From assembly GCA_028023455.1 (NCBI GenBank), contig JAQFVV010000001.1, forward strand, positions 19,902,001-19,966,000: 64,000 nucleotides of DNA, in the 5' to 3' direction. The stretch comes from Epiperipatus broadwayi. Lineage: Eukaryota > Animalia > Onychophora. Shown here piece by piece: positions 39,801 through 53,339 of the stretch (position 1 is its first letter; each line of letters opens with the position of its first letter). A program made the translations under genes and the position numbers. Under the pieces are notes generated by a model that was not told the DNA's origin, did not search any database, and saw only the letters and a list, made by a program, of their open reading frames with translations.

Positions 39801-42151
39801 ATTATGATATAGTATCCGGCACATACTTTAGTATATAAAACAAGCTGTAACAATAAAGCCACCTGAGCTATAAGGCAATTTTAAAATTCACTCATAAAAC
39901 TGGCTACAGCATAAAGAAATTTTTTTTACAAAAATTATACTACAATAAGTATAATACTATTATCATGTGCATAAATTTTCCATGAGTGTGATGATGATTA
40001 AAATGCAAAGCCATTATTTAAACAATAATCAAAACAATTTATTAAACAAATTACTGCATAAAAATAGAATAAATAAAGTATATAAAATAATTAGATTAAT
40101 ATTTCTATAATGCTCTTACATTGTTAACTCCTTTATAAAAAGCACTGTTAAATAAAAAAAATTGCAGGTATATGCAGTGATGTGTAACGGACAATGTTGT
40201 TTACACAAACCAATAGAGAAGATAGCCTGAAAGCTTTAATAGTAGAATGATGATATAAAATAAATTAGTTAATTAAATTTAATGAAGATGGCACTAGAAA
40301 TTCAAAAAAAATTTATGGGAAAACTTAGGATGGGAAATGGAAAGTAAAGTGGTTAACAGGTTTCTCTGGGCATAGTTGTCGAGAGATTCCTGACTCTGTT
40401 TAAAAAGAAGTCACAGTGTACCACATCGCATCACATAATTATAATATATTAATTGTTAAATTTTAAAAAATTCCATTAAGTATACATTAATATTAACAAC
40501 CATTATGGACTAAGGAATTAGTTAATAAAATGTAATAAAGGTAGTCCTAATAGATATTCATTGGGTCATAAAATTATTAAAAATAAATTTCATTATTTAA
40601 TTATACTATTATATATTTACAATGGATTGAAAATACATAGTTGTTTTAAAATGAATATTTTGAAATTCTAATTAATTAAAATTACATAAAGTCAAAATAG
40701 ATTCAGATTACAAAAACATTTCCATAAATGAATTTGAAATATGCAAACATTATAATTACCATCTGAATAAAGAAATCAAAATCAGATGGAAGTTTTATCA
40801 TTTTTAACTGCTAAAGGCAGTTAGATGACAAAATAATGCAAATTAATTAATTAAACTTAATAATAGTAGTGCTAGGTGATTTTATAGGCTGTAAAATTAT
40901 ATTGACTTAATAATTATCACATATTAAATATCAATACTTTAATTATACTCTTCAATTTTGATTATTATATTATTCATTTTGTGAAATTTATTCTATTTAT
41001 TAAAAATAAAAAAACTATCTTTTTTATAACACTTACAGTTTGCTTATTTAATTGTATCCTATTTTTAAATTGTTCCTTTGATCAACCTTTTTAAAATTGT
41101 TATGGCATTTTTTGTCATTGCTGCTACAGTGAAAATTTGTTCAGGCATATAATCAATTTTCCCCATAACTTTTATACTTATTTAGCATCTTGATATTTTT
41201 TTAGATAACTTAACTACTAAAAGAACAACAAAAAACTTATATAGATTTCAACTAATGGGTAGATTTAATAGTAGCCTTAGTAAGATCTTCAATTCTGTCA
41301 TTGTGACCACAGATTAAACCATTATTAATTATACGCTTCATAGTATTTGTCCATATCTACATAATTAAAGAGCTGAAAATTCCATTTATAAAAAAGGATG
41401 AGTGCAATGACTGTGAATTATTCTTAATCTGATAATGACACTCTAGTCCAATCTAGGACAATTGCAATTCAACTGGTTAGATTGTTCAATCTGTAAAAAT
41501 ATACTTATTTAAAAAAATTCCATTTGTTATATCATATTTTTTTCAACTTTAGATTCTTAATTAATTATGAAAAATGCCAATTTGTTTAATAAAGGCTAAA
41601 ATATAAATGAATTGTGAAACTCTATCACTTATTTTTAATAGGCTGACAGCTCATCTCTGTCTTCCAGAAATCTGTATTTAAGATGACAATTAAATAAACA
41701 ATATCAAACACGTAATATATTTCTGATATGGAAATGCTTTCATACAATTTCCAAAACATTTTAAATATATGTTGCAATGAACATAACTGAATTTATTTGG
41801 TTACTATTTCTATATTCATTTATATATAAGGAAGTAGCACATCGTCTGTTTGTCAAATCTATTATTAATATGCATTTTTGAAATTGAACAACTGTAAGTT
41901 TGCTATGTGTATATTTTTGTAATGGATCTAGCAAATTTTTGATGTTTTTTTAAATAAATAATAAAGAAATGTTCAATATTCTATTCCTGAATAAAAAATC
42001 TCAGTTTGATCTATTGCTCTCATGTACATTTTTTAGCGGTATAACACTGAAAATAATGAATACTTTATTTGAATATGTCAATGAAATATAAATTTGATAT
42101 AGATGAACATAAAAACTTATTTTTCTATAAGTTTTTTTTTAAAATGTCATC

Positions 42152-42928
42152 CAATATATAGGAAAAACTACATGCCCCCCCCCCCCTGATTATGGCAAGG
42201 TACTTACGTATTAGTCCGGCGGTAATGAAAATCGCCAGCACAAACTAATGTGTATATAAAGACCGAATTAAACACATTTGCAATCTTCTAAAACAGCAAT
42301 GAATTCATTTTGTAAGTGATTATTAGTTAATACGCCGCCCTTGATAAAAAGTTATTAGTCAAAATGTTGGTTTTACAGCTAATTTTATGGTCAAACAACG
42401 GTGGTGTTTCCTTCAGGATTGTCAAAAGAGATTAGCCATTCAAAATGGAACGTGGTTCGAGGTAAAAAAGTTCAGTCCACAGCAGTGATACTAAGAAACA
42501 ACATTTTGTAAATGGACTGAATTGTATAGTTTAATATATAAATTTTTAGGTTTGGTTAATGATTTGTAATAAATTTAGATTGTTAAAAGTTTACTGGTTG
42601 AAATATCATTTCTAGCAAAAAATGTAAATACGTGTTTGTTTCATTTCCAGTAAATACAGTTATAGGTGGCTATTATTTAAATTTAAAAATCTTTAGAAGT
42701 TTAGATGGTGTAAGATAATTATCACAAAAAAATAAATGCATGTTAGTAGACGCCTGCATCATTTCCAGTAAATAAAGTAGTAAATTATTTTTCAAAATAA
42801 ATATTGCCGGAGTAATAAGTATAGTGAAATCTTAATGCCGGAGAAAAAAAACTTATTTTTCTGTTTTTCTAAACTATTACTCAATATATTGAAAAAACTA
42901 CATGACCCCCCCCCCCCATTATGGCAAG
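42152..42928. mobile_element. Unclassified ~0.7-kb element between ~47-bp direct repeats
   Basis: CAATATAT.G.AAAAACTACATG.C(n)..ATTATGGCAAG at 42152-42199 and 42882-42928. Imperfect inverted TACTTA..TCCGGC ends lie inside. Confidence 0.4.
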
Positions 42929-43704
42929 CTTGCATTAGCATATATACGCGTATGTGTAATAAAAAAAAAAAAGAAGAAGAAAAGTAAACAGATAGATAAA
43001 AAATTGAAAGCAAGAAAAATACATATTATTTATATATAATAATAAGTTCTCCAACTTAAAAATTAAAGTAATCTAATTTCGCTATTTGTTTTCTTTCATT
43101 TGAAAAAAGAATTAATCTTCACTAAATAAACAATCTGTGTTTTCTCTATGGATTTTTTGGTTAATCTTTTTTAACCTTGGTACTTAAGATTATAAGATTT
43201 GTAATTGAAATAAAAATATAACCAGAAGATAACAAAATGATGCACTTTTATTTTTATTTTTCTCCCAATAACATGATTAAAAATAAAAATCATTTTACTT
43301 CATATTTACTTCCCTAGATTTTTTTAAAGTTTATTTTTAAAATTACAATTTAAAGAGCATTATTAATTACTACTATCTTATTTCTTTTCAATATAATATG
43401 CCAGAAGCAAAGAAGAAATAGATTGCTGCAAAAAGGATATTTTACATAGAGATTAACTTCATTAGATAGAAATATCTTTCTTTAAAAAAATCTAAAACCT
43501 ATTTCCCATAAATTCTATTTATTTCGGAATAGTTTTTAAAATGTCATATATACATATAATTTGAAGACTTTCACAGACTTTAAAATATAAGTACGGTAAT
43601 TTAATAATGTTTTTCTGTATATTTTCCTATGTAAATTTCAGCAATGTAATCAGGCAAACAACTAATTGAAGACTGGCTTTGCAAACCATACACAACTGCA
43701 ATAT

Positions 43705-45296
43705 CATCATCATCATCATCAACCATTATCAATCCACTGCAGGATGAAGGTCTCTCCAAGTTTAATCCATCTTCTCTGATCTTTAACTTCTCTTTTCCAC
43801 AACACCCCTGCACATTTTCTTATTTCACCCATCCATCTCACATGTGGTCTCTTTCTGGGTCTTTTACAATCTCTTGAAATCCAGTTTAAAATTTCAATTG
43901 TCCATCTATTATCATTTCTTCTAGCAATATGTCCAGCCCAACTCCATTTCAATCTTTTATGTTTTTCAATAAGGTCAGTAACACCTGTTTGTTGTCTTAC
44001 TCATACATTGCGTTTTCGATCTCTTCTTGTTACTCCCAACATACATCTCTCCATACTCCTTTGAGTGGTCTGAAGTCTCTGTATTGCTCTTCTATTAAGT
44101 GTCCAAGTCTCAGATCCATAAGTAAGAACTGGTAAAACACATTTATTAAAAACCATTCTTTTCAAACACATAGGCATATTTCCTTTTAGTATCAAGTTAT
44201 TTCTACCAAAAGCACTCCAACTAAGTTTAATTCTATGATTAATTTCCTCCATTATGTTTCCATCTGTATTAATAATCTGACCAAGGTATTTGTAACTGTT
44301 AACTTCTTCTAATTCTTCATAATCAATCTTTATTTTCATATTTTGAGCAAATCGATTAAACATTACTTTAGTCTTTTTAACATTTATCTTTAGTCCTACT
44401 TTTCTACTTTCATCTGCTAACTCCTGCAACATTTCCTGCAGCTCTGAAGCATTATTTGCAAAAACAACTACATCATCTGCAAAATCTAAATGACTTAAAT
44501 ACTCTTCATTTACTTTCATTCCTTTAGTTTCCCATTTTAATCCACAAAATACTTCTTGCAGCACTGCTGTAAAAAGTTTTGCAGATATGAGTCACCTTGC
44601 CTTACACCTTTCTCAATGTTGATTTTTCCAGTATCATTATGTAATCTAATTGTTGCTGTTGCATTTTTATAAATATTCTTTAAAATATGACAATATCCTG
44701 GATCTATATTTTGATGATCCAATGGCTTTAATCACTGAAGAAATGTGTATAGAATCGAATGCCTTTTCATAATCTACAAATCCAAAACATAATGACAACT
44801 CATATTCATTTGTCCTTTCTATGACTTCTCTCAATACCTGGATATGATCTATTGTACTAAAACCACTTTTAAATCCAGCTTGTTCTCTTGGTTGGTGGAA
44901 ATCCAAAGTTCTCTGTAGACGAGTTGTAATTATCTTGGTAAAAATTTTATATAAAACTGATAAAAGGCTGATAGGTCTGTAATTTCTAATATCTTCTTTA
45001 TCACCTTTTTTAAATATTAATATTATTACTGCATTCTTCCAATCTTCCGGTACATCTTTATCATTTAGACATTTGGTATATAACTTTGCTAAAATTGTTT
45101 CTATTTCTTCACCTGCTTCTTTTAATATATCAATTATAATTCCAACATTTCCTGGAGCCTTTCCTTTCTTCATACATTTAATTGCATGTCTCACTTCTTC
45201 ATTTAAAATGCTGGGCAATTCGGAAGATGTAATAGATATAGAAGGTACTTGTTCTTTATTACTATATAATTCTTCATAAAAATCTTCTACCAATTT
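43705..45296 (-). mobile_element. 5'-truncated RTE-clade LINE (RT and C-terminal region, frameshifted)
   Basis: ORFs carry YRPISLL, EQAGF, DYEKAFDS, VRQGD, FADD, YKYLG and KWSWAGHIARR. (TGA)n 3' tail. 12-bp TSD CAACTGCAATAT at 43693-43704 and 45297-45308. Confidence 0.95.
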
Positions 45297-45844
45297 CAAC
45301 TGCAATATATATATATATATATATCGTTTATTACTTTAGATTATATAAGGATGGTAAGTGAAACAATTATTTTATATGTGCAAAAACTGTAAATATCACA
45401 ATTTCCTAATTTTTTTCAGAAGTAAATTTAAACCCTCTTCTCTAATTTCAATTTGCAATTCCAGTTTTTAATTGTGTGTTTGCCTTGTTACAACATTGCT
45501 GAAATTTATTTAAACAAATACAAAGAAAAATTCATTAAACTTTCAATATTTAAATCTTAGAGTTTATGAAACTTGTCAATTAAACTTTCAATATTTTAAT
45601 CTTTAAATTTGTGAAAATGTTCGAATTATCATATATAATTGTTATGTATAGGAATTGATGATAATTCTAATTTTCATCTATATAAAAATTACCATTCTCA
45701 CATAATGTAGGATAATAAATTAAAAGCAGTTCTACCTTTGATTTAGATATGAGTCAGACAAATAATATTACTAAATAGCATGATTTTAGTTTGCAATGCA
45801 AGTTTTTCATTACTTCCTTTCTGATTACATCATTACTGAGATTT

Positions 45845-45947
45845 TTTTTCTCATGTGTCATAGCATCAGCCAGGAAGCGAACCCGCTAATCTGGGACAAC
45901 TGCTTGTAAAGCAACTGTCACTGACCTCTCGACCACCAATGTTTGAC
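45845..45947 (-). mobile_element. Short tRNA-derived SINE, copy 2
   Basis: Homologous to 6672-6774 over its full length. TSD ATCATTACTGAGATTT (45829-45844 / 45948-45963); short A tail. Confidence 0.85.
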
Positions 45948-47799
45948 ATCATTACTGAGATTTATTATCAAAAATATATAAAAAATCATGGTAAACTTTC
46001 AATATTGTCATTATAATATAACTGCAGAATAGTATTACAAATGTATTATTGTAATTCTGAAACATCTCTTCCACATATCACATTCAACATACTTTCTCAT
46101 TTTCATAACCCATTTCACTTATGAACTCTTTCTTATTTTCATAAAATCTCTTAAATCCATTTTTTAAAAAATTAATTGCATTTTTATTGTTTTACATTAT
46201 AATACAATATCCAAATTACCTGAATCTTAACCTGTTAGTTCTCACAGTGATAACAGTAATATCTATGTGATTTCTCATAATCTGAAATCTGTCCATTGCT
46301 CTTGTATTAATTGTGAGAGTCACATGTTCATAAATAAGCATTAGCAAAGTATATTTATAAAAAATATATATACATGTTGAGACAAACACACTTATTTCAT
46401 TTTGGTATTAAATTATTCCCATTAAAGTTACTACATCTAAGTTGAATGCATAATTAAGTTCATCCATTTTTTTTTTCCATTTGCATTGATTTTAGTATTA
46501 ATTATTGTCAAATTCTTCTAATTAATTAATATAGATATTTATTTTTAACTTATTTATAAAACAAAGTACTGAACAATTATTCAAGCTTTTAGTTTAAAAC
46601 TGTCCTTTATTAAATCCATAAATGTAATATTTATTAAATCACTTGCATAAATAACATTTAATCAGTACAAACAATTAACAACCCTAATATAAGCAATATG
46701 TTTAAATTTTATTGATTAAAAAAGAACCCTAAAAACTCTAGAGAACTTTCTTTTGAAAAGAATAGATAATGATAAAAAGAAAAAAATGGAAAAAAAAAAC
46801 TTTTATGAAGCAATACTATTTCATTATGTCAATGCTCCAAAATCGACAGAAAGACAATCATAATAAAAATATTTAGACTTGCAATATGGTGATCGATGCA
46901 TCTACAGTGTCTTCATTTGTCAAAGAACTGGACATATTTTTAAAAAATTAATCAGTAGACAAATTTTAAAAAAAAGTGATATCATGAAAAATAAACAAAA
47001 AATAGAACATTATAATATTGGAAAACACCATGACTCTACACTAAAGTATATAATTTGCAATTAGAAATTGTATAAAATAGGAATTTAGTATAATATTCTC
47101 CAAAATAAAACAAAAAAAAGTTAGGGTAGAGTGATATTGATAAATTTAAAAAATATGCACATATTAGAAGTAGGAACTATGCACATATAAGAAGTTGATT
47201 ACAAATATACAAACGTAATGGGTTCTAAATAATATATATATATTGGGGTGATATTTATATATGCTTCACATCTGTAATTTAAACATTGGAAGTAATTTTT
47301 AAAAGTAAAGATTTTCAACAATTTTAATAAATAAAAATTATATATATATAATTTATATACACACATAAAAATGTATATAGTATGATTAATTAGAAGTTTA
47401 TTTTAAAAGTAATTTAAAACAAGATATTTCTTTCATTAACATTTGTAAGCGATTTTGTAATTATAAAGTGGAAATGGCATTATTTTAAAAAATGTAATTA
47501 AAATTCTTATAAACAGATAAATTAATTAAGGAGATAAGTATTTGATGTAATTTAGTCTGGTAATGGATATAATTTTTGTTGATAAGCCAACACCAGGAAC
47601 TATAAATAGGTTTATAAATAATTGTAATTTTCATTGAACATTTCTGAACTATTATTGATTATTGATGATTTATTATTGCTGCTTAGAAGTCTCTGATTAT
47701 GATTCCATTTTATTATTGGGTCTGGTGTTGAAAAATATAATAAAAGAGTAGAGAAGCCATAATCTACTTCATTCTTGCCAGTTGCAAGATTGCAGGATG

Positions 47800-47990
47800 A
47801 ATATCCATAGAAAAATATAAAAAGGAGCCTTCAACTAATATAGAAATAGCATTGTATTCACTATATGCCTAAACTTCAAGTGTCTACTACTTTGGGGAAA
47901 AACCAGTCATCAATCAATAATTAAAATACCAACTGGTGCTGCCTGTGGAATTAAAAACAGTATGATTAAAATCTACTGCCACCATAGCTA
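47800..47990 (+). pseudogene. Possible very old Gypsy pol fragment
   Basis: YQLVLPVELKTV*LKS resembles the QLVLP..LR..VL stretch that precedes the integrase HHCC finger. No other support. Confidence 0.25.
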
Positions 47991-49300
47991 TGATTTAATA
48001 AATGAAATCTGCTAAAAGTATGGCAACATTTGAAATCTGAGCTTGAACTCTTAATAATGAAAAAAAATGGGTATGAACTTTAAAATGTATTCTTATAGTA
48101 TTAACATTAAGTATTTATCTTCATTATCCTAAAAGTATTTTATAAATTATCATTATTATTGATTTTGTAAATCTGTTTACAAACTACTCTGACAAAGGAT
48201 TGCTCTAGTATTTTATTTAATCATACCACAATTTAATCAGTATTGTAAAAGAAGAATAAATAATTAGTTGTTTTTTTTTTTTTTTTTTGTTATCACAATC
48301 CTTGGCTATGCTTATAAAGTCTTAGTATTTTAAAACCAGTTAGTTATTTTCATTACCTGCAAATATAAAACAGCTGCATAATAGTTTATAGTTTTAAGCA
48401 AACTACCCTCGAGATTTGGGGAAAGATAATTTGGGGTGTATTGATATAATTGAACTGCTTGAACTTTATTTCAGACTGTTTATATATGAGATTCAACCAC
48501 ATGTGTTTTATTTATTCATAAATGATTGTTATACTCATGTAAATGCTAATCACTTGCAACCATTACTTTACATAGAGAAGTGGTGTATGATAGATTAACA
48601 TTCCTACCATATATTATCTGCTTTGCTTTTGTACATGATTTGGATAATACTGTTTGTGACTACCAGTCCCTCTTTACATTTAGCACCTTTAGAATAGTAT
48701 GCAATAGATGAAAATCCCTATTCTATAGCATATTCCTAGCTCATATATATTTATTTAGTCATAAATAATGTAACATAGATGATGTTACCTCTTACGCTTG
48801 TGCATACAGCATTTGGTTACTTACCTGCATTACAGCCTGAATGTATTTATGTTTTAGTCCAGCTATTTAAATAGTTAATAAATTTACAGTATCATCAGAG
48901 TGTAGGTTTATAAAATCTTAAAACTGTAATAATAAATAGTCCTGATCATTGGTCTGAGTGGTGAAGTTATACCTGTTCAAAAACAATTAAAAATATATGA
49001 CATATGATCAAATATCTAATTGTACTAACTTGTTTATAAGTTGACAGAGCAATCAATTTGTGCTACCATGGACATTGTAAAATTGTACATATGTAAATAA
49101 ATTGTAGTGCTTCATTATCTTTAGCATTTGTCATTATTTTGCAATCAATAATTTATTCAGAATATGAGAGTCTCATGTGTCTAACTAATCTTAGCTGGGT
49201 ATACAAAGAACATGTTGTTTATTCTGTGATGTCAGAATGTGGAGATCCAATGCATATTGACCTTGAGTGATTTGCAGGTGAACTGTAAATTTTGACAATT

Positions 49301-49303
<3 letters not shown>

Positions 49304-49383
<80 letters not shown>
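49304..49383. repeat. (TA)n microsatellite
   Basis: About 40 TA units. Confidence 0.98.
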
Positions 49384-49385
<2 letters not shown>

Positions 49386-52300
49386 AGACAGTTATGTGTC
49401 TCCTGGCATACAACATAATATATATATAAAGTTAAAAAAAAAGTAGAAATAAATACAAAAATTATTTTTGGAGATATTTTTTATATTATCACTGGAATAA
49501 CAATTAAGGATTAAATAATTTTTAATTTAAATTTTATTATAAATTAAACATTTTACAAAAGTCTAATTAATATTTTATTAATTCTGATTTTGAAATAAAA
49601 ACAAACATGTTTTTATATTATAGTAGATATAGTGATAATTATAAAATTCCATTATGTATTTTAATTAGATTAAGAAATATTTTGAAATTAAAGCTTGTAT
49701 AATATATTTTGATAAAAATCCTACAAAGTTGTTTTTTGAATAGATTAAGGTTAATTGAAAAGAGTCATTAACTTTTTTCAATAAAGAAAACTTACTTTAA
49801 AATTAGTTTTTTTTTTAATTCCACCCTGACTATAAAATAGTTGGAAAAAAATTGGATGACAGATTATAACATTATTAGCACTATTATATTGAAGTTTTAA
49901 GTGAAGGTGAGGACTAGAAATCAGCTGTTGCTGCTAGTCTTACAATGGTAGAGTTTGGATTCACATGAAAATAAAGGGACTGCTTTTCTGTGTTCCACAG
50001 CCCATAATATGTATTAGATGGCTGGTTTGACTGAAATCCATCAAATGAGAAAGACTAAATTGAGATAACTGACTGACACTAGTTGCATGATTTATACTTT
50101 TACCAAAAATGTCAATGGAACATTATACTATTCTACTATGGACATGATTATAATGGACCAGCTTACTGAAAATTTTCAGTATTACTATACTATGTTTTAT
50201 TCTACTTTATCTATAGGCAGAAAAGCAAAGACAAAGTTACTGTGTCACATATATAAAGTGTACACAGCAGATCTACATCATTAACAGATTTTGGTAAGTA
50301 ATTTTATTAAAAAGTAATATTTTTAAAATACAGTTGCAGTTATAATCTTTAAAATATACAAATTGAAAGTAAATAACTTTTCTCAAATTAGTCAAAAAGA
50401 TTTGAAAAGAAAAAGTGTGTTAAAGAATTTTTTTATTTTTTTATTTTTTAAAATATTTTGAAAATAAATCAATGTCAGTTTTAAAATATGTTTAAATGGA
50501 TATAATTTTGAAAGGTTTCTTTTACACACTGCTGTTAAAATAATAAATGAATATTCCATTATCATTAGAATTTCACTAATAGGAAATATATATTTTCTAT
50601 GTTCTTTTCTTCCAAGAGGCATAAAATTTGTATAGACAAGCCACTGTTTCTCTTATGTAGATAAAACTATTTGTTTGTTTATAATTTTTTTTAAAGTAAG
50701 GTGTGTTTCCAGTTTTATTTTATTAAAAAAAAAAAAATTCCAAAAAAATCTTTCTAGATTAGAGAACAAAAGAATTTACTAAAATATTTTAAAAGATGTT
50801 TCCAATTAATTAAGAGTAACCTGGCAGAAAAACTTTGATTAAGAACTATTAAAAAAGTAATATATATGTACGCCTGAACTGAATTTTTAAAAGAAATACC
50901 TCAAATGAAATACAGACATGATAAAAAAAAAAGCAATGTTTATTTAAAATGTACCATTAACTAGAATTAGCAAAAAGATAATAGTAGTGGGCACATATCA
51001 ATGTTATTGACATTGACTTAAGCCTTGTGAAAATATAATGTGGTTTAATAACTTTATTTTATTAAATAATATTTGCTTATATAGATGCTTGTCATGTAGA
51101 CACACATATATGTTAAAACCAATCATGCTTTATGAATTATTAAAATCAATTATTGAATATTCTTATTATTTTATCATAATTCTAATATGTATTTTTTTAC
51201 ACAGGCATATCTGTGTGCTGATATGTAAGTGTTTTATGTAAACCCATTGAGATATTTGTAAATCACAATGTGATAGCTTATTTCTTTTTTTATCAATCAA
51301 AATCAGAATACTGAATTTATATTTATAGCATAGTCAGTAAACATTAATTTCATTTTATTATTTCTAATTAATAAATTTATATTTCATTGTTAGAGTTATT
51401 CCTGTGAATTTACTCAATCTTAGAATACCTTAGAATATTATATGTTTGTATTATATCTCTCGCTCACAGTAACAATTATAGAGCTTTGCTCACTGAGCTG
51501 GATTCATGCATAATGGTCTGTATTATAAAAGGTGTTTATATTTAATGTACATGGACATCCAGTTGATGATGATTTCATTTCTTTTCTAATGATGTATGAT
51601 ACAAAGGGGAGGATATCCTTTAAATTCCATGCATTACATTTCATTTTATTTATTTAGAAATTAAGTTTATAGTTGGCTAGTATATTAACAGTATTAATTG
51701 GCCAAAGTATTGATGATCATCAGCATGCTTTAGCTTCTCAGCATTATTTTTTGTTATATTCTTATGGATTAGCACTTAAGTTTGTGCATTCAAATTATTG
51801 TTTAAATAATCTGCCCCAAACTGGGATGGTCTAAATAATTAGTTAGGTCTAAAATGGACCACTTTCAAATCTAGTCACAAGATCGACTGTTGAATTATTT
51901 TTATTTTTTAATATGATTATTATTCATCTGTAATGCTGGGTTAACTTATAGTTAGTTCTATGCTGATCTCTCATGATCAAGATCATTCCTCATAGTTATT
52001 GATTTGTAAAATAATATAGGCAATATTGCACCTGAATGCAAAGTTTTCGAGCTAGGTTTGAATTACATAGTTATTGATTATATATTTAATTATATATTTT
52101 ATCAGACTTGGGGTTAATAATGATGAGTGCCATCATCCCAGGTTTACCCCATTCTATGTACCATTACAATATGCATTGGAGGTTACATAAAGACATATTG
52201 AAATGATATGTAAAAAAAAATCATACCAACTACATTAAATTTTCTATGAATGTTACTTATGTATTACAGAGTTCCAAATTAAGCAGAAAAAAATGTAAAC

Positions 52301-52419
52301 CATTTTCCAACAGTCTCTAAGATTTTACATATTACTTCAGAACAAGAACAACATTGTAAACTAAATAAGCTGAGTTGCAACAACCATTCCTATAAAAACC
52401 TATTTTATATTTACAAGAT

Positions 52420-52510
52420 AACAGACAAAACTCCATACAGTAGCCCCCCTGTGCTCATTGATTACTCTAATTAGCACAGGGTGACACTACTGTATGGAGT
52501 TTTGTCTGTT
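52420..52510. other. 91-nt hairpin (pre-miRNA-like or tiny MITE)
   Basis: 24-bp perfect outer stem (52420-52443 / 52487-52510), an internal loop, a 9-bp perfect inner stem (CCCTGTGCT/AGCACAGGG) and a 17-nt loop. Confidence 0.8.
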
Positions 52511-53106
52511 TAATAACAGTTATGTGCTAGCATAAGATATGGTGATCATGTGATTTACAAGATAATTAATAATCTCTTTAATAATTTTGAAGACGTCTTT
52601 AATTGATTGTATAAGAAATAAAAATAAACTATAAAGCTATACTGGAATTCATTTCAACAAATATCACATTACCTACCATTAAATTTTCTATGTGTGTTAT
52701 TTGTTTGTTACAAAATTCCAAATTAAGCAGACAAAAAAAGAAAAAAATCACTTTCTTACTGCTGCTAAAATTTTAAATAGAAAATGACACAAAATACTGC
52801 AAACTGCAGAAGTGAAATTAAACTAACCAAGATGTTTCAATTACTTTTACCAATCAACTCTTTATTTTACATTTATATAATTATATATTTAAATAATGTC
52901 AATTAATATACATCAATTTATAAGGTGTGGTGTAAGTTCATAGCACAGGGAATTTTAAATTGAATCTCACAAATGTCACTGTCCAAACTTGGAAGCAGTC
53001 AGAAGCTTGTTTTCATCTCTTATAGTTGGATGGTGACATAGTGTGTAATTTGATCAAGTTGGCACTAGAATTTTATATTGGGTCTTAAAAATTATATATA
53101 TATATA

Positions 53107-53128
53107 TACATTAAATTTAGTACAGATA

Positions 53129-53165
<37 letters not shown>

Positions 53166-53184
53166 CTGTACTAAATTTAATGTA
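53107..53184. repeat. 78-bp palindrome centred on (TA)n, abutting the hammerhead array
   Basis: TACATTAAATTTAGTACAGATAATA / TATTATCTGTACTAAATTTAATGTA, perfect 25-bp arms. Confidence 0.9.
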
Positions 53185-53286
53185 ATTAGAATGGACATGA
53201 AGTCAGACTTTCAAGCTCCTTACAACTATCCATTTTATCTTATATAAGCAGTACACATGAGTACATACATGTGATAAAGATAAATG

Positions 53287-53339
53287 ATCTCTAATATACA
53301 TATTTCATGCTGAACCAACACTCATCAGTTGGCACAGAT
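53287..53339 (-). ncRNA. Minimal type-I hammerhead ribozyme with intact catalytic core
   Basis: AUCU-GUG-CCAA-CUGAUGA-GUGUUG-GUU-CAGCAU-GAAA-UAUGUA-UA^UUAG-AGAU: bulged stem I (one C-A mismatch), 6-bp stem II, self-complementary AUAUGUAU stem III. Predicted cut between 53295 and 53294. Confidence 0.8.

Noticed and set aside
30907-45279. Plus-strand ORFs overlapping Gypsy and RTE (30907, 32968, 34362, 43929, 45073)
   Set aside because: They are antisense shadows of TE coding sequence or AT-rich noise, with no motifs.
49219-49416. ORF with an IY repeat
   Set aside because: It is a translation of the (TA)n microsatellite.
50217-50293. Plus-strand 77-nt exon-like segment (TAG|…|GTAAGT, one open frame)
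   Set aside because: Isolated, peptide unrecognised, and such splice pairs arise by chance in 64 kb of AT-rich DNA.
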